From Candidatus Cloacimonadales bacterium (lineage in GTDB: Bacteria; Cloacimonadota; Cloacimonadia; Cloacimonadales; JAIOQZ01), in NCBI GenBank assembly GCA_963665815.1, contig OY762463.1, forward strand, positions 2,688,001-2,752,000: a stretch of 64,000 nucleotides of DNA. Direction: 5' to 3'. This document shows, piece after piece, positions 51,696 to 59,996 of the stretch (within the stretch, counting starts at the first letter, position 1; every line of letters begins with the position of its first letter). Under the pieces are notes generated by a model, which did no database searches, was not told the DNA's origin, and was given only the letters and a program-made list of their open reading frames with translations. Made by a program: the position numbers and the translations under genes.

Positions 51696-54600
51696 TTATT
51701 GTTCCCTACTTTCCTGCTCCATATTATTTGTAACCTGCTCAAACAACTGCCACAGGGGTTCCTCTATAGAATCCTTTATCTCTATGGCAGGTGTACCATT
51801 TGCATAATTTATAAGAAACTGTGAAAACTGTTTTATCTCTGCCATTTCCTGTGGGATGCCTGCATGTATCTGCTGCAGTTGCTCCAATTTTTCTGCTCTA
51901 TCCACAGCCATAACAGGCATACTGGCAACACTATGCGCCATTTGTATCAATTGTACAAGTTGTTGTGTAAGATTATTTTGATTATTATCTTCTTCCTTGT
52001 AATTCGATACAATATGCTGCTCAATTTCCTCATAATCCAATCCCATTTTATCTGTAACTTTTCTTAGAAGTTCTATGCCTGTTTTCATTAAGAGATTAAC
52101 GCAATTATTGGCTACAATTTTTGCATTGGGTGATCTTAGATTAACAAAAATAAAGATAGCTTTAAGGTAATATTCCAATGCTTTTTCCGGTTGACCGATA
52201 TCATCAAAAATATTACCCATGTTGCCATAGGAGTTTGCCTGCCCCAGCAAATTTCCAATTTGTATTTTCAAATCTAAAGACTTTTTATGATATTCCAATG
52301 CTTTTTCCGGTTGACCGGTATCATCAAAAATATTACCCATGTTGCCATATTGATTCGCCTGTCCCTGCAGGTTTCCGAGTTTAACATTTATTTCAAGTGC
52401 TTTCTCATAATGTTCCAATGCCTTCTGAGGTTCACCTGTTCGATAGTAGATGCTTCCCATGTTGCCATAATCATCAGCCATTCCTCTAATATTTCCAAGT
52501 TTTTCATCTATCTCTAATGCTTTGCTATGATATTCCAATGCTTTCTGAGGTTGACCTGTATCAGCAAAAATCAAACCCATGTTGCCATATTGATTTGCCT
52601 GCCCCTGCAGATTTCCAAGACTGACATTTATTTCAAGTGCTTTCTCATAATACTCCAATGCTTTCTGAGGTTCACCTGTTCGATAGTAGATGCTTCCCAT
52701 GTTGCCATATAGAGTAGCCTGTCCCTGTAGATTTCCAAGCTTAGCATTTATTTCAAGTGCTTTCTCATAATATTCCAATGCTTTCTGAGGTTCACCAGTA
52801 TCAGCATAAATCAAACCCATGTTGCCATATTGAGCAGCCTGTCCTTGCAAATTTCCGAGCTTAACATTTATTTCAAGTGCTTTCTCATAATATTCCAATG
52901 CTTTCTGAGGTTCACCAGTATCAGCATAAATCAAACCCATGTTGCCATATTGAGCAGCCTGTCCCTGTAGATTTCCTAGGCTGATATTTATTTCAAGTGC
53001 TTTCTCAAAATATTCCAATGCTTTTCCCGGTTGACCGGTACGATAGTAGACGCTTCCTATGTTGCCATATTGGTTTGCCTGTCCCTGCAGGTTTCCGAGC
53101 TTAACATTTATATCAAGTGCTTTCTCATAATATTCCAATGCTTTCAGAGGTTCTCCTGTATTGAAATAAATATTACCCATGTTGCCATAGGAATTTGCCT
53201 GTCCCTGCAGATTTCCGAGCTTAACATTAATTTCAAGTGTTTTCTCATAATATTCCAATGCTTTCTGAGGTTCTCCTGTAACTAAATAAATAATGCCCAA
53301 TCTATTCATAACTTCAGCTCTGTATTCTTCCGAGATATTGGTTTCTAAGGATTCAAGATTCAGGTTTCTGGCAAACTCAACATACCCCCAAATTATCAAT
53401 TGGTCTTCAACAGACAAAGCTACTTCAACAGCCTTATCAAATTCCTCTGCAAGTAAATAGTGTGTTCTGACTGCAAGGTGATTATCAACAGTTCTGTTAT
53501 TCTCAAAAACAATATTGCAATACTCCGCAGCTTTTATGTTAAGCTGTTTAAACTCTAATTTTTTCATTGTATCATAGAAGAATTCTGCAGTGAGTCTATG
53601 GGTATAGAAAAGGTGTTTCTCATTTTCTCTTATGTGCACAACAAGGGAAAGGTTCAAGAGCTTTTCCATTAAATCCAATTCAAAATCTCCAATCAGGTGT
53701 GCAATTCCATCTGTTTCTACCGGGCTTTTGTATATGGAAAGTGCTTTTAATATGCGGTTCTGTTCTTCAGTCAGCAGGTTAGTTAGTTCCTGCAAAACAA
53801 ATGGAGCAAATTCTTCTTTACTGCCTGTTCTTAGTTTTGCTTTCAGTTTGTTAATTATCTTGTGGAACTTCTTTTTCTCAATCTCAAAGAGTTTAGTAAA
53901 TCTGCTTTCTCCGGGGAGCAGAGCATCCAGCAGATCAAGTGCACGCGGATTTTTCCCCACAGTCTTATAAATCTCTCTTAAATTCTTCTCATTCAACTGC
54001 TGCAAATTGTTACAGAAATACATTCTTTTATTAATATCGGTATCAGTATATTCCGGTACTTCTATAATGTGGTTTTCAAATTCCGGAACATTGTAGCGAG
54101 TGGACACCAGCAGAATGGATTTTTTACCATTAAACAGCCTTTCAATTATCTTGAGCAGTCCATAAGCCTCATCATGCACTTTGCAATCATCCTGCAGGTT
54201 CTGGTTATCTTCAAAGTTATCAAAAACAATTGTCCAGTTATGTTCATGCATATACTGATTATACAGATAAGTCAGCTTCTCTTTTGCATTGTTAAGCTTA
54301 GAGAGTTCATCTTCCATTTTTTTCGCTTCAGTATCATAAGTTTTGGCAATTTGCAGACAGAGCTTTTCCATAAAACCTGCCTGAGTTAACGGTCCCTGGA
54401 ATTCAATGATCTTATAGTTGTCTCTGGCACAGAACGAGAGTATTCTCGCTGTCAGAGTAGATTTTCCTATTCCTCCCGGACCTTTCAGGATCACCATTGG
54501 ATCGTGCTTTTTTACTCGGAAAATAATCTCCCGAATCTGTATACGCCTGCCGATAAACCCACGCGGTACTGTATTAGTCGTAAAAGTCTTTTTAGAAGCT

Positions 54601-55823
54601 GAAGATTCACCTTCTATTCTATGCTGAGAGAAATCTTTTCTGGAGATACCGGTTTCGGATGAGAAAAGTTCAGGGATATCAACTTCGGTTTTGTTTTGTC
54701 TTTTTTTATTGCTTTCCCATCTGGCAATAGCTTCTTTACCTGCTGAGAACGCTTCGGAAATAGTTTTGTCTTCTATAAGTGCATGGAATAATCCTATATT
54801 AAAAATCATGGAAGCATCATGTGAAATAGATTGTTTCATACCTATTACATAAGGGATACCGGATTTATGCAGTGTTTCTGCAATACTGAGATAAACCCCT
54901 TTTTCGTTTGCTTTGGCAGAATGGCAGGAGGACAGTATCACCAGTTTCAGGTCAACACCATCGGTTTTCAGTTTCTCCAGTTCCTGTGCCAGCTCTTCTC
55001 CTGATACAAATTTCTTTTCTACCGTATTATCCTCTGTAAGCTGTTCGAACAGGAGAAATGTTTTGCCGTCTTTGTCTTTTGTGCCATGGGCAGTAATCTG
55101 CAGAATATCGTGTTTACCGTTTTTCAGGTAGCCAGCCATATCATAGAGGGTAGAGTTAACCATATCGGGTATATCGAGGAACAGATCTGCCTGAGAGAAA
55201 TCACTGAGAGAGTCCAGCATAACCTGTTGTTCTTTCTCGTAGAAGATGTCGGAGTCCGGAGGACTGGCAGTAACCGAGAGGATTTTGATTTGGGGTGGGG
55301 TGGGTATAGCAGGGATGGAGTCTTCAACTAATTCTCGTATTCTACTCACAATGTCGTCATCTATTTCTTTCTTGCTATCCAGCTTATTCATTATTTGCAG
55401 TAAGAGATTTATCACAACTGCTATACTATTGCTGTCCTCAAGATACTTTATGTAATACTCTTTTAACTCCTCTATTCTATTATCCAAATCATTTATACTT
55501 ATCAGACTGTTTATAACATCAGGCATATGATCAAGTTTTCTGAGGTAATTAGATAATTCTGTTGTTGAGACTTGCAGACGTTCAATCTGTCTGCCTACCT
55601 CATATATATCCCATAAAAAATTTTGATCCTCCATAGTATACATAACAGATTTGAATGGAAACTCGAAAGCTTTTTCAAAGGCTTTCATATAAACAGCTAC
55701 TTTGTCAAGTGAGGCCTTGTTAAGTCCTGTTTGAATTGAATCTGCATATTTCTTAATATCGTTTACACTTACACCAAATATACTTGCTAAGCCTGCAGCA
55801 ATATCGAAAATAATCTTTGCCAT
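51696..55823 (-). CDS. NLR-like protein: N-terminal helical domain, CHAT (caspase-like) protease, STAND ATPase, ten TPR repeats
   Basis: ITAHG and ILSSCHS (CHAT His/Cys dyad); FIGR, GPGGIGKST (Walker A), IVFDNFE (Walker B); 40-aa TPR repeats; start at ATG after GGAGGTG. Confidence 0.88.
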   Translation of the reverse strand: MAKIIFDIAAGLASIFGVSVNDIKKYADSIQTGLNKASLDKVAVYMKAFEKAFEFPFKSVMYTMEDQNFLWDIYEVGRQIERLQVSTTELSNYLRKLDHMPDVINSLISINDLDNRIEELKEYYIKYLEDSNSIAVVINLLLQIMNKLDSKKEIDDDIVSRIRELVEDSIPAIPTPPQIKILSVTASPPDSDIFYEKEQQVMLDSLSDFSQADLFLDIPDMVNSTLYDMAGYLKNGKHDILQITAHGTKDKDGKTFLLFEQLTEDNTVEKKFVSGEELAQELEKLKTDGVDLKLVILSSCHSAKANEKGVYLSIAETLHKSGIPYVIGMKQSISHDASMIFNIGLFHALIEDKTISEAFSAGKEAIARWESNKKRQNKTEVDIPELFSSETGISRKDFSQHRIEGESSASKKTFTTNTVPRGFIGRRIQIREIIFRVKKHDPMVILKGPGGIGKSTLTARILSFCARDNYKIIEFQGPLTQAGFMEKLCLQIAKTYDTEAKKMEDELSKLNNAKEKLTYLYNQYMHEHNWTIVFDNFEDNQNLQDDCKVHDEAYGLLKIIERLFNGKKSILLVSTRYNVPEFENHIIEVPEYTDTDINKRMYFCNNLQQLNEKNLREIYKTVGKNPRALDLLDALLPGESRFTKLFEIEKKKFHKIINKLKAKLRTGSKEEFAPFVLQELTNLLTEEQNRILKALSIYKSPVETDGIAHLIGDFELDLMEKLLNLSLVVHIRENEKHLFYTHRLTAEFFYDTMKKLEFKQLNIKAAEYCNIVFENNRTVDNHLAVRTHYLLAEEFDKAVEVALSVEDQLIIWGYVEFARNLNLESLETNISEEYRAEVMNRLGIIYLVTGEPQKALEYYEKTLEINVKLGNLQGQANSYGNMGNIYFNTGEPLKALEYYEKALDINVKLGNLQGQANQYGNIGSVYYRTGQPGKALEYFEKALEINISLGNLQGQAAQYGNMGLIYADTGEPQKALEYYEKALEINVKLGNLQGQAAQYGNMGLIYADTGEPQKALEYYEKALEINAKLGNLQGQATLYGNMGSIYYRTGEPQKALEYYEKALEINVSLGNLQGQANQYGNMGLIFADTGQPQKALEYHSKALEIDEKLGNIRGMADDYGNMGSIYYRTGEPQKALEHYEKALEINVKLGNLQGQANQYGNMGNIFDDTGQPEKALEYHKKSLDLKIQIGNLLGQANSYGNMGNIFDDIGQPEKALEYYLKAIFIFVNLRSPNAKIVANNCVNLLMKTGIELLRKVTDKMGLDYEEIEQHIVSNYKEEDNNQNNLTQQLVQLIQMAHSVASMPVMAVDRAEKLEQLQQIHAGIPQEMAEIKQFSQFLINYANGTPAIEIKDSIEEPLWQLFEQVTNNMEQESREQ
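52140..53300 (-). repeat. Tandem ~120-bp TPR-coding repeats (about 10 units)
   Basis: cccatgttgccata and ttccaatgc cores recur every 120 bp; protein unit GNLQGQAxxYGNMGxIxxxTGxPxKALEY. Confidence 0.95.
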
Positions 55824-55941
55824 CTTCACCTCCTGAGAGTTGGTCAATTGCTGGCAGAAATTGAGAAAAAGGTCAATTCATTTTTTTGTGCTACGTTACA
55901 ACTACACCGGGGAAATCCGTAATATATTAAATTTTGTTTAC

Positions 55942-55969
55942 TTAGACGTTGCATGCAACGTCTCTACAT
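55942..55969 (-). repeat. GTAG-type REP-like palindrome, right copy
   Basis: ttagacgttgcatgcaacgtctctacat; degenerate third copy at 56196-56219. Confidence 0.9.
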
Positions 55970-56030
55970 AGCGATGTGAAACATCGCTGTGCGTTGTTGA
56001 TTAAATGACCTTGCGAATGGTACTTAGACC

Positions 56031-56094
56031 CGTAGATGTTTTCGAAGAAATACATCCAGAATTGACGTAGATGTTTTCGAAGAAACACATCCAG
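56031..56094 (+). repeat. Two tandem 29-bp GTAG-initiated imperfect palindromes
   Basis: cgtagatgttttcgaagaaa(t/c)acatccag at 56031-56059 and 56066-56094. Confidence 0.85.
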
Positions 56095-56102
56095 TGAAGT
56101 TC

Positions 56103-56167
56103 GCAATGGTGGGCTTTAATGGTTCTAAGGGCTGTTTTGGGAGTGCATTGACTGTGTCAATGCGAAG
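56103..56167 (+). repeat. 65-bp direct repeat, copy 2
   Basis: 58/65 identical to 51421-51485. Confidence 0.9.
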
Positions 56168-56308
56168 AATAACTAATAATATTTGTTCAAAACAAAGATG
56201 TTGCATGCAATGTCTCTACGAAGTTGGGCGGATCCATCGATTATGTGAATAAACTCACCCCTGGCTAAATTATAACTACGCCTTAAACCTCAATCAATTA
56301 CTGAACTT

Positions 56309-57619
56309 TTACTTCCCGTTAAGCTGATTTTCCTTAAGCTTCTTCCACCATTTCAAACGTTTTTCTATATCTTTCTCAAATCCGAATTTGGAAGGTGTAT
56401 AATACTCTTTTTCGCTCATGTGTTCCGGGAAATACTTCTGATAGAAATATCTGTTATCATGGTCATGTGAGTATTGGTAATCTTTGCCGTAATCGAGGTC
56501 TTTCATCAATTTTGTGGGTGCATTTCTTATAACCAGCGGAACAGGTAAATGACTTGTTTTAATTGCGTCAGCAGCAGCCATCTTATATGCTGAGTAAACA
56601 GCATTGCTTTTGGGTGCTGTTGCCAGATAAACAACCAGCTGAGCCAGAGCTGTGTTTGCTTCCGGCATACCAAGTGTATGAATTGCCTCTTTAGCACTTA
56701 TTGCCTGGACAAGTGCCTGCGGATCAGCAAGTCCTACATCTTCTGAGGCAAAACGAATCAGCCTGCGAACAACATACATCGGGTCTTCTCCGGCTTCCAG
56801 CATACGAGCCAGCCAGTACAGACCGGCCTGAGTATCGCTGCCGCGCAGAGACTTATGCAGAGCTGATATCACATTATAATGCTCTTCTTTATTCTTGTCA
56901 TAATTGAGTGTTCTGGAGTTAATAATCCTTGCAGCAAACTCGGTAGTAATAACCTGATCTTTCATGGTGTAATTCAGGATCAGTTCAAGACTGTTAAGAG
57001 CTCTTCTGGCATCTCCCCCACACTGCATCATCAATAAATCAAGCACATCCTCAGGAAGCTCTCTATCAAGCTTTTTCAGAGCATTTTTCAGAATATCAGC
57101 AATAGAACCATCCGACAGTTTTTCCAGTACTATAACCTGACATCTCGACAATAAAGCAGGGATAACCTCAAAAGAAGGATTCTCTGTAGTTGCACCAATG
57201 AGAATGACAGCTCCGGTTTCGATATGATGCAGAAATGCATCCTGTTGAGCCTTGTTAAATCTATGTATCTCATCTATGAAAATTATTGTACGTTTATTCT
57301 GTTCTTTAAGGCTGTATTCAGCTTCCTGCATAACAGCTTTCACATCTTTTATACTGGAAAGCACAGCACTGAAAGCCACAAACCTTTCTTCGGAGTTTTT
57401 CTCAATATATCTGGCAATAGTTGTTTTACCGCATCCGGGAGGTCCCCACATAATAATCGACGAATACTTACCGGTAGAAATCATTCTTCTGAGCAAGGTA
57501 TTTTCTCCCAGAATCTTGTCCTGTCCGAGTATCTCTTTCAAGTCTGAGGGACGCATCTTTTCGGCAAGCGGGATGTTTGTACTCTGTTTTTCACTATCGA
57601 ATAATTCAAGCTGTTTCAT
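56309..57619 (-). CDS. rarA: Replication-associated recombination protein A (RarA/MgsA)
   Basis: PLAEKMRP, WGPPGCGKTT, FIDEIHRFNKAQQD, GATTENPSFE, ISALHKSLRGSD, ASEDVGLADP. Confidence 0.96.
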   Translation of the reverse strand: MKQLELFDSEKQSTNIPLAEKMRPSDLKEILGQDKILGENTLLRRMISTGKYSSIIMWGPPGCGKTTIARYIEKNSEERFVAFSAVLSSIKDVKAVMQEAEYSLKEQNKRTIIFIDEIHRFNKAQQDAFLHHIETGAVILIGATTENPSFEVIPALLSRCQVIVLEKLSDGSIADILKNALKKLDRELPEDVLDLLMMQCGGDARRALNSLELILNYTMKDQVITTEFAARIINSRTLNYDKNKEEHYNVISALHKSLRGSDTQAGLYWLARMLEAGEDPMYVVRRLIRFASEDVGLADPQALVQAISAKEAIHTLGMPEANTALAQLVVYLATAPKSNAVYSAYKMAAADAIKTSHLPVPLVIRNAPTKLMKDLDYGKDYQYSHDHDNRYFYQKYFPEHMSEKEYYTPSKFGFEKDIEKRLKWWKKLKENQLNGK

Positions 57620-57633
57620 GTCTGACTCCGAAT

Positions 57634-58554
57634 CTATACAACAATAGAAAGTTTTTTACATAAATTGTAGATTGATAAAATTTCATTGGGCTTTGTGCGG
57701 TATATCTCTCCATCATAATAAACAGGCAGAGCAAATTTGGATTTCACCTGAATAATGGATGACCTTTTCATAGTAACTTCCTTTTCCCGCATGTGTTCTG
57801 CCTTGAGAAGCTTTGGAAAGATAGAAAACAGTCTTTTGAAACTCACTTCCTGAGCCAGGCAGATATCAAATAGACCGTCATCACAAACTGCATCGGGGGT
57901 TAATTGAAATCCTCCACCGCAGTATCGAGTATTACCCACAGCCATAAGTAAAACCTTAGCTCTGAACAGATCATTATATGTCCTTATCGCAATAGGTATA
58001 TTTCTGAACTTGAATAATGCTATCACCAAAGCTGTCATATATCTGGCAATTCCTCTGAGAAAATGAATCTTCGAAGCTACAAGAGCTGTTTCAGCATCAA
58101 GCCCGATGCCAAAGCTGTTGATAAAAAAGCGAACTTCTTTGCAACAGGTTATTTTTCCAACATCAACTCTTTTCAACTCATTATCGAATAATTTCTGTAA
58201 CAATTTTTCAGGGCTGTCATTAATATTCAAGGCTTTGGCAAAATCGTTTCCGGAACCGCACGGGATAAGACACAACTTAATTCCACGCACATCTCTTTTG
58301 GACATAACTGCATTTACAACACAGTTCAAAGTACCGTCTCCACCTACAGCAATAAATGTCCTGATTCCTGCTTTTATGTCTTCTATAACAGAGTTGTAGG
58401 CTATTTCGTAAGTTGAAGATTTTAAAATCCGGCACTTCAGATTTCTGTTATGACAAAAATGGTTGATTGTCTTAAGATATGTGACAGATTTCCCTTTCCC
58501 TGCTTTGGGATTGGCAATAACTGACCAGGTTCCGGTTTTAACTTTCTTCTTCAT
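57634..58554 (-). CDS. Diacylglycerol/lipid kinase family (YegS/DagK-like)
   Basis: NPKAG, GGDGT, PCGSGNDFA, GIGLDA, YCGGG, DDGLFD, YDGE. Confidence 0.92.
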   Translation of the reverse strand: MKKKVKTGTWSVIANPKAGKGKSVTYLKTINHFCHNRNLKCRILKSSTYEIAYNSVIEDIKAGIRTFIAVGGDGTLNCVVNAVMSKRDVRGIKLCLIPCGSGNDFAKALNINDSPEKLLQKLFDNELKRVDVGKITCCKEVRFFINSFGIGLDAETALVASKIHFLRGIARYMTALVIALFKFRNIPIAIRTYNDLFRAKVLLMAVGNTRYCGGGFQLTPDAVCDDGLFDICLAQEVSFKRLFSIFPKLLKAEHMREKEVTMKRSSIIQVKSKFALPVYYDGEIYRTKPNEILSIYNLCKKLSIVV

Positions 58555-59294
58555 TTTTGTTGATATATATGCTTGAAGTACTGATTTGCACAAGCAGATC
58601 CGATATCTGCAATTCTATGCTTTGCAGCAAAATCTTTAAATTCACTCGAAGGTATAAATTTCACTTCTGTATGCTCATGATACTCTATTGCCATCTTCAT
58701 CTTGTCTGCAAACTCGTGCTCGGTGTGTTTTAAACGGCAGTAGAACAGGAACTCCGGTTTCATATTACTGAAGCTTCTTCCCATCCCCGTGCAGATCAAA
58801 GTATCAATATCATTTGTTTCAACATTCAGCTCTTCCACAAGTTCGTTGCGGATTGTCGTATAAGGGCTATCGTGATGCGGTTCCATGTTTCCACCGCAAA
58901 AATGCCAGATTCCTCTGGATTCAGCAACTTTGTGAGATCTCATACCAATAATAAGCTTATTATCAGCTGTTTCGACAACTACACAGGCGGCAATACAATT
59001 TGCCAGCTCATTATTATCCTTAATCTCACTGAGGTTTCTTATATTAGTACCAATATATGATTTATAGGTGGTTGTAATAGTTTCCACCAGAAGCATGACC
59101 CCTTCTATTCGTGAGCTGAGAAAACCGGTTACTTCTCCGTCCCAGAGATCAAGACCTTCACTCAGGGCTTTATTCCAGCCTTTATCAATCAGCTTTTTAG
59201 TATCCTCGGAGTATTTTTTGGGTCCTTCCTGAGGTAGAATATTGATGCTATTCTCACCGAACAATGAGTCATGCAAAATTTCGTATTTTGTCAT
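58551..59294 (-). CDS. NUDIX-like hydrolase
   Basis: TADNKLIIG.RS, WHFCGG...RNELVEELNV degenerate Nudix box. Confidence 0.65.
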   Translation of the reverse strand: MTKYEILHDSLFGENSINILPQEGPKKYSEDTKKLIDKGWNKALSEGLDLWDGEVTGFLSSRIEGVMLLVETITTTYKSYIGTNIRNLSEIKDNNELANCIAACVVVETADNKLIIGMRSHKVAESRGIWHFCGGNMEPHHDSPYTTIRNELVEELNVETNDIDTLICTGMGRSFSNMKPEFLFYCRLKHTEHEFADKMKMAIEYHEHTEVKFIPSSEFKDFAAKHRIADIGSACANQYFKHIYQQK

Positions 59295-59297
59295 AAT

Positions 59298-59996
59298 TTA
59301 GTATTTATAACGTTTCTGTAATTTTTTGAGGATTATAACAAACTCACCTTTGGGTAGTTCAGAGGTCATTGTATCTAGCTCATCGAGGTTTCCCCAGAAG
59401 ATCTGTTCTTCAGGTTGAGTCAGTTTGTAGAAAAGCATTGCCTGCCTTTTCCCCCCAAGTATCATTTTCATATCTCTCAGAACCTGTTTCATTCTGTAAG
59501 GAGCTTCCAGGAATACAAGATCTATGTTATTGTTCAGTTTTCTAATTGCGTTGATTCGATTTTCCCTGTTTGGCGGGAGAAATCCATAATACTGAAAGTT
59601 ATCTAAAGGTAATCCTGAACACATTAAGGAAGCCATAATTGAGGATGGTCCGGGAATAGGTATTACAGGAATATTCATCTGATGGCATTGCCAGACAAGA
59701 TTATTGCCCGGATCAGCAAACAAAGGTGTTCCAGCATCGGAAATAAGAGCCAGAGCTTCTTTCTCATTCAGCAGGCGATTAATAATCTCCTTTGTGCTTT
59801 CTCTCTCGTTATGTTCGTTCAGAAGAATGAAGTCCTTCTTTATATCCAGAGCTCTCAACATACTGCAGCCCTGCTTTCTTTCTTCCATAATGACACAGTC
59901 ACATTCTTTAAGTACTCTTAAAGCTCTCAGAGTAATATCTTCCATATTGCCTATAGGCATGGCGACTATATAAAGTCCATATTTAAGTTTTTCCAT
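59298..59996 (-). CDS. rsmI: 16S rRNA (cytidine1402-2'-O)-methyltransferase
   Basis: LYIVAMPIGNMEDITLRAL, ISDAGTP..ADPG, PIPGPS, GFLP, EAPYR, KGEFV. Confidence 0.92.
   Translation of the reverse strand: MEKLKYGLYIVAMPIGNMEDITLRALRVLKECDCVIMEERKQGCSMLRALDIKKDFILLNEHNERESTKEIINRLLNEKEALALISDAGTPLFADPGNNLVWQCHQMNIPVIPIPGPSSIMASLMCSGLPLDNFQYYGFLPPNRENRINAIRKLNNNIDLVFLEAPYRMKQVLRDMKMILGGKRQAMLFYKLTQPEEQIFWGNLDELDTMTSELPKGEFVIILKKLQKRYKY

Noticed and set aside
52140-53300. Diversity-generating retroelement VR/TR, or CRISPR-like repeats
   Set aside because: The repeats are in-frame coding units, the differences are not adenine-specific, and there is no reverse transcriptase in the window
52178-55455. 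Plus-strand ORFs, some repetitive, within the NLR-like gene
   Set aside because: Antisense shadows of the coding gene and its repeats
56031-56094. Possible mini CRISPR array
   Set aside because: Only two copies separated by 6 bp and no cas genes; better explained as REP-like palindromes
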